Part shown: positions 22,371-35,400 of the stretch, piece after piece
Layout: every line of letters starts with the position of its first letter
How positions within the stretch are numbered: position 1 is the stretch's first letter
Origin: Macrostomum lignano
Lineage: Eukaryota
Direction: 5' to 3'
NCBI GenBank assembly: GCA_002269645.1
Contig: NIVC01004295.1
Location: forward strand, 1 to 51,406
Length of the DNA stretch: 51,406 bases
Program-made: the position numbers and the translations under genes
The notes under the pieces: generated by a model
Databases searched by the model: none
Seen by the model: only the letters and a program-made list of their open reading frames with translations
What the model was told of the DNA's origin: nothing

Positions 22371-24836
22371 ATGGCGCTGCGTACTAGCAAAGTGCAGCGA
22401 ATGCTGCCGTTGCTATGCAGCCGAGCCTATGCAGCATCGCGCGGCATCGGCCACCTGTTTAAAAACTTTCGCCAGCGGCCGCACCGCAATCCGCGAGTGA
22501 TTCCTCATCCCAAAGTGAAAGCGTTTCGAGTTCGCGAATGGCACAAACGCGACCCGGACGCTGTGGCCATATTTGAAAGCCGTTGGGCCAGCTATGAGAT
22601 GCAGCTGAATGCGTTGCAGCAGGCTTTCTATTATGAATTGCACGGTCGGCTATTGTTGCCTGGGGAGCGGGTACGCCAGTTAATTCTCTAATGCATATTT
22701 CTAGCCTTGAATGCCCCTAATAAGCAATACTAGATGTTCAGGGCTAAAGGGCAAGTGTCTCACGGGCCACGTATTAGGTTTGAAGCCAGGAATTTTTATT
22801 GCGATGGCCGCGTTTTTTGGGAGCGCCATCGATGCGGCCAGCATTAGGCGCGCCAGCATTAAGGGCTCCAACACGAGGGGTGCCAGCATTAAGAGCGCCA
22901 GCACAAGGAGCGCCAGCATTAAGGTGCCATCACAAGAGGCGCCAACACAAGGGGTGCCAGCATTAAGGGCGTCAACACAAGTAGCGCCAGCACATAAGGC
23001 GCCAAAACAAGGCGTGCCAGCATTAAGGGCGCCAACACAAGGAGCGCCAGCTTAGGGCGTCAGCACATAAGGCGCCAACACAAGGGGTGCCAGAATTAAG
23101 GGCGTCAACACAAGGAGCGCCAGCTTAGGGCGCCAGCACATAAGGCGCCAACACAAGGGGTGCCAGCATTAAGGGCGCCAACACAAGGAGTGCCAGCATT
23201 AAGGGCGCCAACACAAGGAGTGCCAGCATTAAGGGCGCCAACACAAGGAGCGCCAGCATTAAGGGCGCCAACACAAGGAGCGCCAGCATTAAGGGCTCCA
23301 ACACAAGGGGTGTCAGCATTAAGGGCGCCAACACAAGGAGCGCCAGCATTAAGGGCTCCAGCACAAGGAGTGTCAGCATTAAGGGCGCCAACACAAGGAG
23401 TGCCAGCATTAAGGGCGCCAGCACAAGGGGTGTCAGCATTAAGGGCGCCAACACAAGGAGTGCCAGCATTAAGGGCGCCAACACAAGGAGCGCCAGCATT
23501 AAGGGCTCCAACACAAGGGGTGTCAGCATTAAGGGCGCCAACACAAGGAGCGCCAGCATTAAGGGCTCCAGCACAAGGGGTGTCAGCATTAAGGGCGCCA
23601 ACACAAGGAGTGCCAGCATTAAGGGCGCCAGCACAAGGGGTGTCAGCATTAAGGGCGCCAACACAAGGAGTGCCAGCATTAAGGGCGCCAACACAAGGAG
23701 CGCCAGCATTAAGGGCTCCAACACAAGGGGTGTCAGCATTAAGGGTGCCAACACAAGGAGCGCCAGCATTAAGGGCTCCAGCACAAGGGGTGTCAGCATT
23801 AAGGGCGCCAACACAAGGAGCGCCAGCATTAAGGGCTCCAACACAAGGGGTGTCAGCATTAAGGGCGCCAACACAAGGAGCGCCAGCATTAAGGGCTCCA
23901 GCACAAGGGGTGTCAGCATTAAGGGCGCCAACACAAGGAGCGCCAGCATTAAGGGCTCCAGCACAAGGGGTGTCAGCATTAAGGGCGCCAACACAAGGAG
24001 TGCCAGCATTAAGGGCGCCAGCACAAGGAGCGCCAGCATTAGGGCGCCATCACAAGAGGCGCCAACACAAGGGCCGCTAGCATTAAGGGCGCCAGCACAA
24101 AGGGTGTCAGCATTAAGGGCGCCAGCACATAAGGTGCCAATACAAGGGGTGCCACAGCTGTTGTGAAAGAAAGGATATATAGTCAAGGGAGCTACTGAAT
24201 AAAAGAATTAGGCACTCCGTTTTTTCATCTACATGTAGTTACTGTAAGTGTCTGAGTGGAGTAATCGTTTAAACAAAAGTTTTTTTAATAACATTAAGCT
24301 TAAGACTAAGAGTGCTTTTGCTTTAGTTTAAGTGATTTTTTTCGTATTCGGATCGAATCAAATGAGATTTGACCATTCAACGTCAGGCTTCCGACGGTCT
24401 GCACAAGCTCGGCAGCCAAGAGGACCAGCTGGCCGACAGCGCCGAGACCAAGCGCCAAGTTGACGAAGCCGAACGAATCAACGCCGATTGGAACGCTCGG
24501 AGCGCCGAGCTTCGCGTAGATGAGATGCGACGCCAACTAGATGAGCTGCGCAATGAGCACGACCGTCTGCAGCTGGACAGCGAACTGGCCGACCAAGCTG
24601 CCGTGCTCAGCTTCCAGGCTCGACTGAAACGCGACCTCGAACAGGCTGGCGATTTTATTGACGAAAGCAATTTAGATGCTAAAATTGAGGCGATTTTGGA
24701 CTCGCCAATTGTTGATTTTAACTTTGCCATCGATCCGGCTGGCAATATGATCCGGGGTGTTGTCGGATCGGCGGCCGACTCCGTGCCGGAACCGCCGGAG
24801 CCTCCTTCGCCGGATGAACTGTCGGTTAGGGTGTAG
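22371..24836 (+). CDS. MRPS26: Mitochondrial ribosomal protein S26 (mS26), 2 exons (22371-22670, 24387-24836), 249 aa
   Basis: Arg/Ser/Leu-rich presequence-like N-terminus. RWASYEMQLNALQQAFYYE, INADWNARSAELR and AGDFIDESNLDAKIEAILDSPIVDFNFAIDPAG match recalled human mS26 ([54 protein letters not shown]). Phase-0 intron CGG|GTACGC...CGTCAG|GCT. Confidence 0.75.
22825..24155. repeat. 30-bp higher-order minisatellite made of two related 15-mers (AGCATTAAGGGCGCC + AACACAAGGAGTGCC), filling the MRPS26 intron
   Basis: About 44 visible units; degenerate at both edges and homogeneous in the centre. Confidence 0.95.
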
Positions 24837-24937
24837 TTCCCCCTTTTATTGTGTAATTAACTATGAGACGCTTCTTATTCTAATTTACCCACTTTTTTTA
24901 CAACCCTTAATTGTTACATGCATGGGTTTCATTGTTC

Positions 24938-25240
24938 TGGGGTAGCTCAGGTTCGGGGCTGGAGCTTGTCGTGCAATTAACACCCTTGAGGGCCAACCCC
25001 CAAGGCACAGAGAGTGTACACGTCCAATGGTGAGAAGGTACACCTTGTATGAGTGGTGCGTCTGCATACGTATCCGTATGCGTGCCCAGGGGTCAGCGGA
25101 ATGAACATGACTGCTTGTCTTTGATTTGCGGCAGCAGAGAGAGGCACCGGCTGGCTTGTTTGAGCTCACCCACTTTTCTGACCCCTGAGATACGTAACTG
25201 ATGCACACACTCATTCGGGTGATAGTCAAAAGTACACAAA
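24938..25240 (+). mobile_element. Divergent relative of the SINE core with a long fold-back 3' arm, downstream of MRPS26
   Basis: Shares GTGCAATTAA..CCTTGAG.GCCAACCCCCAAGGC.CAG..AGTGTACA and CGTATCCG...CAGGGG..(A/G)GCGGAATG with the SINE at 20032. Four nested complementary segments span 25049-25214. Confidence 0.55.
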
Positions 25241-25934
25241 AATATTTACAGTACATTACGAAGTAGAATGGGTTTTGGGGCGCTGTGTCCCCCCCCCACC
25301 CCGACTGCCCTGCTGTGTCTGGGGGGACTGAAAGGTAGTCCTTGTTTTTTGAATGCTAACGGCTAGACCAGAATATTTTGTCTAAAATGCCAAAAAACAT
25401 ATTTCATTGTTGAATTGTCTGTAATATCGGGTTATTGAATCTTAAGCTTCAGTAGAAGAACAAGAAGCAAGCAATTATGGGTTGTCAAAAAGATTGGTAA
25501 TACGAAGCGTTACTTAATTTCTCTCGCTCAGCTTTTTAATAGTTTCTCCCTGAAGTGAACTGCTACTGGCTTTTGATCTTGTAGTCAACTGCATAGGTTC
25601 GTTCCCAAATCGAAAACGTTGCTTTACGTTTTCTAAACAGAAAGTTAAACTTTTTTCGCATTCAACCTTTTGCTTGATCAGTGTCATTGTTTATGAAATA
25701 TTTTATTGCCGAACAGTTAGTTTCTGTTGAATAAATAAATGGAACATTGTCATTGGCAAGATATAATATCGGTTCGTTTTGTTATCTCTTAATTTTTTGG
25801 GCTCACTCCAGTGTTGCTTGCACTAGCTACCGGCATGACTATAGAATATTTAGTCTTATTAGTTCACGAACTTTCATGTACACTTATACAAAATTCTCGT
25901 CCCCGCAATGTACACCACGCTCCCCCAATAATTT

Positions 25935-26125
25935 AAGCACGAATTTCCAGTCTAAACCGTTATCACTATCAATGTACACCTTCTCTTACCCAATTCTCGT
26001 CCCTCAATGTACATTAAGCTGGCTCCTGATAAGCCCCCAAATAATTTAAAGACGAGTTTCCAGTCTAACCGTTATCAATGTACACCTCTTACCCAATTCT
26101 CGTCCCTCAATGTACATTAGCCGAC
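25935..26125. repeat. ~110-bp imperfect tandem duplication upstream of PMPCA
   Basis: TTTCCAGTCTAA(A)CCGTTATC...AATGTACACC...CTTACCCAATTCTCGTCCCTCAATGTACATTA occurs twice. Confidence 0.7.
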
Positions 26126-26400
26126 TTTTTGCAGTCCCACGATAAGTTTAAGAACTCACTCCCTACCCAACCACTACAAATGCCCTCTCCGATGTACACT
26201 GACTTCCGTAGATTAACTTCAATAATTTATTGTACAAACACTCAAATGGAATTTTATTTTAACATAAGTTATACGCAAGTTGAATTTAATAATCCACGGT
26301 CTCATTTAAAGCACACGCTGTTGAACCACTTAGTTTAGAATTTTCATCTTGAATCTATTTATGGACAATTTCTGCCGCTCGAATTATTATTTGTAGCAGC

Positions 26401-29400
26401 ATGTCGTCCCGTTTGACCCGCTTCATCACCTCCCTGACTGGTGGCCGGCCGCCGCCTCTGCAGGGCCCGCCAGCTTCGGCTAGCGTGGCCAGCGCCACCG
26501 CGTCCGGTCGGCCGACGGTTGTGTCCGACTCTCATCGGCGCCAGTCGCCTCTGCTGCACACTCCACTGACTGTGCAGCCAGAAGGCTTCAACTGGCAGTC
26601 AATGGCCGAACAGGCCAAACCGGCTGCCGCGTACGCCAAGGACAACGAAAACGTTCTAATTGGTCGGTTGTCCAATGGGCTCACAGTGGCTTCTATGGAT
26701 CGTATAGGTACTGGATGTACAGTTGGAGTTGTCATCAAAGCCGGGCCTAGGTTTCAGGTGTGTACAAGTTTTATTATTGAATAGTGCAGACTTGCTGTTA
26801 TACTTCTTGTGCATGTGTTCTTTTTCTAAAACTTAAGCACGACCCGGACACTGTCCTTATCCTTAACCGCAGGCCGGCTTTACCAAAGGCGTGTCCCATC
26901 TAGTTGAGAAGATGTCGTTCGGTTCAACTCGCGCCTACCCGAATCGCGAGCATTTATTGAGCGAAATCGAACAATGCGGCGGCATATTCGATACGCAGAG
27001 CAGCAAGGACGCTACTATTTACGCTATGAGCGCTAATCCTCTGCACCTGGACCGGCTGGTCTCCGCCCTGGCCCAGGTGGTCTACCGGGCCCGCTACGAC
27101 TCCGACGAGGTGGTGGCCGCCAGAGAAAAGGTGATCCTCGATCTAGTAGAAAATTATTAGTGAAATCTTATCCGTGCCTTGCTACTGCTACCTGTCCCTT
27201 CCCGTGTCTATCAGCAGCTTGCTATTGCTACCTGTCCCTTTCCGTGTCTATCAGCAGCTTGCTATTGCTACCTGTCCCTTCCCGTGTCTATCAGCAGCTT
27301 GCTATTGCTACCTGTCCCTTCCCGTGTCTATCAGCAGCTTGCTATTGCTACCTGTCCCTTCCCGTGTCTATCAGCAGCTTGCTATTGCTACCTGTCCCTT
27401 CCCGTGTCTATCAGCAGCTTGCTATTGCTACCTGTCCCTTCCCGTGTCTATCAGCAGCTTGCTATTGCTACCTGTCCCTTCCCGTGTCTATCAGCAGCTT
27501 GCTATTGCTACCTGTCCCTTTCCGTGTCTATCAGCAGCTTGCTATTGCTACCTGTCCCTTCCCGTGTCTATCAGCAGCTTGCTATTGCTACCTGTCCCTT
27601 CCCGTGTCTATCAGCAGCTTGCTATTGCTACCTGTCCCTTCCCGTGTCTATCAGCAGCTTGCTATTGCTACCTGTCCCTTCCCGTGTCTATCAGCAGCTT
27701 GCTATTGCTACCTGTCCCTTCCCGTGTCTATCAGCAGCTTGCTATTGCTACCTGTCCCTTCCCGTGTCTATCAGCAGCTTGCTATTGCTACCTGTCCCTT
27801 CCCGTGTCTATCAGCAGCTTGCTATTGCTACCTGTCCCTTCCCGTGTCTATCAGCAGCTTGCTATTGCTACCTGTCCCTTCCCGTGTCTATCAGCAGCTT
27901 GCTATTGCTACCTGTCCCTTCCCGTGTCTATCAGCAGCTTGCTATTGCTACCTGTCCCTTTCCGTGTCTATCAGCAGCTTGCTATTGCTACCTATCCCTT
28001 CCTGTGTCTATCGTCTCGCTATTTTATGCTCGCAATGTACAGTCCAGCCGATGATTTTTTCTAATAAATTCTCAAAAAGGTCCGCTTCGATTGGGAGGCC
28101 ATGGAGATGAGCGCCAGCCCCGAGCCCATACTGACCGACCTGTTGTACAGCGCCGCCTATCAGGCCAACACGCTGGGCTTTCCCAAGTTCTGCCCATTAG
28201 ACAATGTTGACTCAATCGATCGATCTGAGGTGTTACGCTATTTAGCTACTTATTACCGGCCGGAGCGCATGATCCTATGCGGAATTGGCGTACCGCATCA
28301 GCCGCTAATGCAGGCAGCGGAGAGTTACTTTGCCGATCAGCCCGACTGGCTGGCCGGCTCCTCGGGCGCTGCCGCTCAGCAGCCGGACAATTCCGTAGCT
28401 CAGTACACCGGTGGCGAGGCCCGAGTTGAAAAGGCTCATTCTCAGATGCACGCAGCGCTTCAATTGCCAGAGCTAATACACATTGGCCTGGGCTTGGAGT
28501 CCTGCTCACTATCCGACGAAGGCTTTGTCGCCTCCTGCGTACTCAACATGATGATGGGCGGCGGCGGCAGCTTCAGCGCCGGCGGACCGGGCAAAGGCAT
28601 GTACACCCGACTGTTCACCAGGGTGCTGAACCGGCACTATTGGGTGAATAGCGCTCAGGCTAGCAACCAGGCCTACGCCGATTCCGGACTGTTTGCTATT
28701 CAGGCTAGCGCTCCGCCTCAGCAGTGCCGCGATCTGTGCAAGGTGAGGATTAACTTTACTCTGAGAATTGCATCAGTACTACTGCTAAATTGCCCTGATA
28801 AACTTCTCCCAATGGCAATAAAAAAATTCTACCCATAAACTTCTCGAAATAGCTCTTAAATTCACATCTGTGCTGTCCTTGTCAAACTTCTCAGGAGTAA
28901 CTTAAATCCACCCCTGAACTGTCCTGTCAAACTTCTCAGGATTAACTTAAATCCACCCCTGAACTGTCCTTGTCAAACTTCTCAGGATTAACTTAAATCC
29001 ACCCCTGAACTGTCCTTGTCAAACTTCTCAGGATTAACTTAAATCCACCCCTGAACTGTCCTGTCAAACTTCTCAGGATTAACTTAAATCCACCCCTGAA
29101 CTGTCCTGTCAAACTTCTCAGGATTAACTTAAATCCACGCCTGAACTGTCCTGTCAAACTTCTCAGAATTCATCTAAACCCACCTCTGGAATGTCCTTGT
29201 TAAACTTTTCAGAGTTTACTTAAACCCACCTCTGGAATGTCCTTGTTAAACTTCTCAGAATTCACCTAAACCCACCTCTGGAATGTCCTTGTTAAACTTC
29301 TCAGAATTCACCTAAACCCACCTCTGGAATGTCCTTGTTAAACTTTTCAGAGTTTACCTAAACCCACCTCTGAACTTTACTCGTACTGTCAAACTTCTTA

Positions 29401-30006
29401 GGATTAACCTAAACCCACCTCTGAACTGTCTTGTTAAACTTCTCGGAATTCACCTAAGTAATCCACCTCTAAACTCTTCTGTTAAAATTGCCTAAATGGC
29501 CTTTAAGCCAACTCTGAATTGGAATTTCCGTGTTAATCCTTGCTAATCTAGTTTATAAACGTTCAGGTACACTACCTAGCTCGTACATATAAGTTAATCC
29601 TTAACAAAGAGAAAAAGCCGTGGATATTCCGCAGGTGATAGTGCGCGAGCTTCACGCGATGACAGACCGGCTGCCGCACGATCAGGTGCAACGCGCAAAG
29701 AAGCAACTGCAATCAATGCTGCTCATGAATCTGGAAATGCGTCCTGTTGTTTTCGAAGACGTCGGCCGGCAGATTCTGTCGTCTGGCGAACGGAAGCCGC
29801 CTCAGTACTGGACTGAACAGATTGAACAAATTGAAGAGAGGCATCTGCGCGACTTTGCTAAGCGAATGCTGCTCAGCCGGCCTAGCTATGTTGCTTACGG
29901 GCCTCAACTGAATCTGGCACCCGACTACAGCCAGGTGCTCGAATGGATGGCCGACAGCGGCGCCGCTAAATCCGCCGCCTCGTCTGTTTATTCGCGAATC
30001 AAGTGA
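26401..30006 (+). CDS. PMPCA: Mitochondrial-processing peptidase subunit alpha (M16B family), 4 exons (26401-26757, 26873-27130, 28080-28742, 29635-30006), 549 aa
   Basis: LSNGLTVAS...CTVGVVIKAGPRF, GVSHLVEKMSF, YYRPERMILCGIGV, VAQYTGG, the glycine-rich loop LNMMMGGGGSFSAGGPGKGMYTRL, and RAKKQLQSMLLMNLEMRPVVFEDVGRQIL are diagnostic of alpha-MPP. All three introns GT-AG, phase 0; total 1650 nt. Confidence 0.96.
27177..28015. repeat. Highly homogeneous 40-bp minisatellite (GCTATTGCTACCTGTCCCTTCCCGTGTCTATCAGCAGCTT)n, about 21 units, in PMPCA intron 2
   Basis: Directly visible; only an occasional C/T variant. Confidence 0.98.
28800..29500. repeat. 45-46-bp minisatellite (AAACTTCTCAGGATTAACTTAAATCCACCCCTGAACTGTCC(T)TGTC)n in PMPCA intron 3
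   Basis: About 14 units in two sub-variants, degenerating at the edges. Confidence 0.9.
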
Positions 30007-30494
30007 TTCAGTCTTATCTGTCAATTATTTATTGAAGTTCCAAATACAATATTTGCCCAGCTATTTTATAGTAGATGCATTTTTGTTTAATTTATTAGCT
30101 TGAATACAATGCAGGAACAGTATATAGTGTTTATATGGAATTTATAGAGAGGAAAGTTGGGGTAATTTTTAAACTGTCTATTGCACGTCTGCAGGGGATT
30201 TTGAACTCATATTAATAGATTGATAGACCGAAGTTTTTGCTTGTGAAGCATATCCTTATATAGTGTTGTAGTTAGGATAGCAAGAGTGAGTATTTGCCAT
30301 AGTAGTCTCTGTGTATGTCGCTCGCAATTTTAAATAGTTTTAAAAAGTAGAGCGTCTACTCTTTTTTCAGTAGTTTGTCTGAGCATTGTCACCTAAATTT
30401 AATGTAACAGCTAATATTTCCTTTCCTTACTCTCAGGAGTCAGGTTTGTGGCCTCATGAGCATATGGGGTTAAGAAGCATTTAACTCGATGTAC

Positions 30495-30615
30495 CCCAAT
30501 CTAGCTCAGCCAATTAGAGAACAGTAAGGAGAGAGCTGAAATTCAGATGGGCGAAACTCAGCTTAGGGGGCAGACCCAATCTGGCTCAGCCAATGAGAAG
30601 GCAGTAAGGAGAGAG
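30495..30615. promoter_or_regulatory. 80-bp-period duplication carrying four CCAAT boxes; possible promoter or LTR-like fragment
   Basis: CCCAATCT(A/G)GCTCAGCCAAT...CAGTAAGGAGAGAG occurs twice. Function is inferred only. Confidence 0.3.
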
Positions 30616-31629
30616 GGCAAAGTCAGGCAAGCGGGCAAGAGGAAAGCCAAGCTGTTTATCAACTGACTGGGGGCAGGTCAGGTGCCACTCCCTTTTCTTT
30701 CTTGCTATGCACACTCACTGGATTTGGGGTGCAGCTTCAAACAGTGAAGATGCTAATTTAATGGGTTTGATATAGAAAGCCAGAGGGGATTATTGCAGTT
30801 TCTAAAATTTTCAATATGTATTATTACAGCAAAAACGCAATTGTTGATACTGAATAAAGTAACGTGGTTATTTTAGTACGAGCTATCTGTGGTTGACATG
30901 ATAGAGGCGCGAAAATTAAAGGACAATGTCATTCGAAGTCGATGCAGTGCAGACCCAACGGTCTTTACTGCTGAATGGTGTATGAATCTTCGGTGCAAGT
31001 GTACTGAATAAAATTTATGATTTCCTATTTTTGTGGGGATGCTTTAGTGCCTGGATTGCTTAGTTTTTGCGCAAATGAATACATGAAGTGGCTGTGCACC
31101 ACCCTCTTAGTATAGATTACGATAAGGCTATACGCGATCATGCGATCATTTCATATTAGAAACTGCGCAGCATATACCGTTATTTCATGTCTAGATAATA
31201 TTTTAGTTTAAGTATTGTATAACTATCAATAAAGAATAATTATTTTTGAAAGCCTGTCCATCCATTAATAATAGCTTACTAAACTAACTGTTTTTTAACT
31301 CAATAGTAGAATACGTATTGCTTTATAACTGTCGTTTCCGTTAGCGAAGGAGTCTGTTACTGGTGAAGAGTAGTGTGGTTGTATTTTAGCTTAATTTTTT
31401 TGTTAACAATAGAATTAAGTTTACTGGGCGAACCTGTTTTTCGGTTTGTTTCTTTCTGTTCGTATTGCGCACTGGAACATCTTTTTCTCTACGCTTATTG
31501 CGCCTGCAGAAGAATTTATAGTATGGAAGATTACAATAATATCGTACCGTGCTTCACTACTGTTTGTTAGGCCACATTAGGAAACGTTATTGTCTTCTGT
31601 GTTTTTATTTCAATGGTTTGTTTCAATAG

Positions 31630-32140
31630 AATGTCACAGCTTAGGCGCTTGCTGATTGAGTGTCACACTTGGTGCTGGTTGATTGGATGTCACACTTGGC
31701 GCTGGTTGATTTGGTGTCACACTTGGCGCTGGTTGATTGGGTGTCACACTTGGCGCTGGTTGATTGGGTGTCACACTTGGCGCTGGTTGATTGGGTGCAC
31801 ACTTGGCGCTTTCTGATTGGGTGTCACACTTGGCGCTTTCTGATTGGGTGTCACACTTGGCGCTTGCTGATTGGGTGTCACATTGGCGCTTTCTGATTGG
31901 ATGTCACACTTGGCGCTTGCTGATTGGGTGTCACATTGGCGCTTGCTGATTGGATGTCACACTTGGCGCTTGCTGATTGGATGTCACACTTGGCGCTTGC
32001 TGATTGGGTGTCACATTGGCGCTTGCTGATTGGATGTCACACTTAGCGCTTGCTGATTGGGTGTCACACTTGGCGCTTTCTAATTGGATGTCACACTTGG
32101 CGCTCGCTGATTGGGTGTCACACTTGGCATTTGCTGATTA
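31630..32140. repeat. 27-bp minisatellite (GATTGGGTGTCACACTTGGCGCT(GG/TGC)T(T/G))n, about 19 units, upstream of the FHIP gene
   Basis: Directly visible; almost every unit carries an inverted CCAAT (GATTGG). Confidence 0.92.
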
Positions 32141-32444
32141 GGTGTTTGATTGGACTGCCGATCGCAGTCAATTTGTAGGTTTTCTTAAGTCCCAAATTTA
32201 TTTTACAGCAAAATTTCTTAATGCGTACTCAGGGTAAGCAGACTAGACATATCAGATAGCTATTAAGATTATACTTAAAGTCCCACTGCAAACTAACAAA
32301 CAAACTATTCCCATGTTAAAATTGATGCAAAGTGTAAACAATTCTGCCGTCTGTTGAAACAAATTATAACTAAGCAACTGCCGGCGGAGCAGTGTTAAGA
32401 ACATTGTTTAACTCAGCAGGCTGAGTGGTGGCGACTGCGCAGTC

Positions 32445-35400
32445 ATGACGGATGTTCAGCAGTCTGCCGACACTGGCAGCGGCGGTGGTCAGCCGCAGCT
32501 CCGCTCAGGTATCGAAGCCCGCCTCCTGCCGGACCGGGTTGGACTGGACAGCCACAACCGGGACATTAGTCCGGCCACTCGCAGTCGCCGGGGTCGCTCG
32601 GCCACCGATCCGGACACCCGGTTAGAGGTGTTCGAGAATCACTGGGACCAGGTGCGCCAGGTGATGGACGCTACGCAGGGCCGGGCAATCACTGGCGACG
32701 ATGTCGAACCGGTTGTGCACTATGTCGATCAGATGCTGTCCCTGCTGATTGAGGAGCGGCCGCCTGCGGCTGCGGCCGGCGAGGCTGCATCGGCCGGACA
32801 GCAGCCCGGCCAGATTCTGGCCTGCGCTGAACGGGAGCGCGTGTTCGACCTGCTGCTGGCCTGGTCGAATCGGGCCACGGGCGAGTGCCTGGAGCGGCTG
32901 AAACTGGAGCAGTTGAAGCAGTACGAACTGCTAATTGGCCAATGCAGGCAGTCTGTGGTTGGCAGGGTGCAGGTAAGTCCGTTCTATTCCTTTAACCCTC
33001 CCAGACAGAGGAAGATTGTGGGCACCGGTCTATTTGCCTATAAACAGATAATACTCCCAAAAAATTCTGCGTTAACGCTAGGGAGATGGGTGGGAAAGCG
33101 GTTTTGCACAAGAAGCAAGAATAAGCGCATAAGTAAGTCTTCTACTTTATCTTATTGAAGTGATCCTATCTCTTGGTTAACTCAATAAAGGCTTCACTGC
33201 AAAACGTTTTGTTAAAATACTTGTTTTTTGCTTTTAATTCTTGTAGTAAAACTGCAGCTAAGTAAGGGGAAAAACAACAGTCATTCCAACCACTAGTTAT
33301 ACCAATTAAAATATGGTTAAATTTAATATTTTTAAGTTAGTCACCTTTCCAGACACTCTACTGTCAGTAGTCCGCGTACATGTTCACATTATAAGGCGGC
33401 AGAGCACAATCAAATGTCGCAGTTTCCCAGGTAGTATTTCTAGCTGCTAATTTTCTTTAGAAGGTAAGGTTAAAATTATCGATTTTTGTTTTACCATAGT
33501 ATAGTGACAGCGTTGGCTTTTTTTCTGGGCTGAATAGCTAAAATTATCGATTATTTGTTCTAAAAATAGCTTAGAAATCTTTAGTGATAGCTAAGACTGC
33601 CTTCTCGGCTGAAATGGCACAATTATCGATTTTTTGTTCTAAAAATAGCTCAGAAAACTTTAATGATAGCTAAGACTGCCTTCTCGGCTGAAATGGCTCA
33701 ATTATCGATTTTATGTTCTAAAAATAGCTCAGAAAACTTTAGTGATAGCTAAGACTGCCTTCTCGGCTGAAATGGCTCAATTATCGATTGTTTGTTATAA
33801 AAATAGTTAAAAAACTGAACTGATAGCAAACGGTGTAAGACAGTACTATTAAATTTCTCGGCCTATACCTGTTCTCGTGCCCTTTCTTCTAGGACTATAT
33901 AAGCTCTTTAATTAGCCATTGGTCTATTTAAATGCCTCATTGTTACTTTTTTGTAAGACCTACACGCTTAAGTGCAATTTTTCCCAGCTGGACATCTGGA
34001 ATCGATTATAGTTATCAACCTGTGTAAGTTCTACAACACGTCAGTACCTCCACTATGTACCACATGTCAATCTGAACTGACTATTGTAATTATTAAGATT
34101 CAAATTGAACTGTTAAATTTGATCTAAAGCAACATTTGATAATTTTAATTCTAATTTCAAAATTCGTAATCAAGCGTTCATGTGGAATTAAACAATATGT
34201 TATAGCAGTATGTGGCACAAAAGTATTCCATTAAGCGACAGAATAGGTGAAAATTAACCTACGCAAAAACCTACGATATAAACTACGCAATAAGTGGCAC
34301 ATTCACCTACAGAATAAGTGACACATCAAACTACCCAATTAGTGACGCATTGGCTCAATTAGTGACACATCAAACTACGCAATAAGTGACACATTAAACT
34401 ACAAAATAAGTGACACATTAAACTACGCAATAAGTGACACATTAAACTACAGAATAAGTGACACATTAACCTACAGAATAAGTGACACATCAAACTACCC
34501 AATTAGTGACACATTAAACTGCAGAATAAGTGACACATCAAACTACGCAATTAGTGACACATTAAACTACAGAATAAGTGACACATTAAACTACAGAATA
34601 AGTGACACATTAACCTACAGAATAAGCGACACATTAACCTACAGAATAAGTGACACATTAAACTACGCAATAAGTGACATATTCAACTACAGAATAAGTG
34701 ACACATTAAACTACAGAATAAGTGACACATCAAACTACGCAATAAGTGACACATTAAACTACAGAATAAGTGACACATCAAACTACGCAATTAGTGACAC
34801 ATTAAACTACAGAATAAGTGACACATCAAACTACGCAATTAGTGATACATTAAACTACAGAATAAGTGACACATTAAACTACGCAATAAGTGACATATTC
34901 AACTACAGAATAAGTGACACATCAAACTACGCAATAAGTGACACATCAAACTACGCAATAAGTGACACATCAAACTACGCAATAAGTGACACATCAAACT
35001 ACGCAATAAGTGACACATCAAACTACGCAATAAGTGACACATCAAACTACGCAATAAGTGACACATCAAACTACGCAATAAGTGACACATCAAACTACGC
35101 AATAAGTGACACATTAAACTACACAATAAGTGACACATCAAACTACGCAATAAGTGACACTAAACTACACAATAAGTGACACCACTAGTGACACAATTAT
35201 AAATATTAGTAGCTAATTGTAGTCTATTAGTAGACTACAATTTCAAGTGCAACTGCAACTACAAGTAAACTGCACTACAAGGAGCCCCAAAGTAACGAAA
35301 TGAGTTTGCTTATAAAGAAATAAAATTTATCAATACAATGTGCATGCGTGCATGGGATACCCAGCTGAATGATTTCAATAGTTGTAATTCGTATTTTCAA

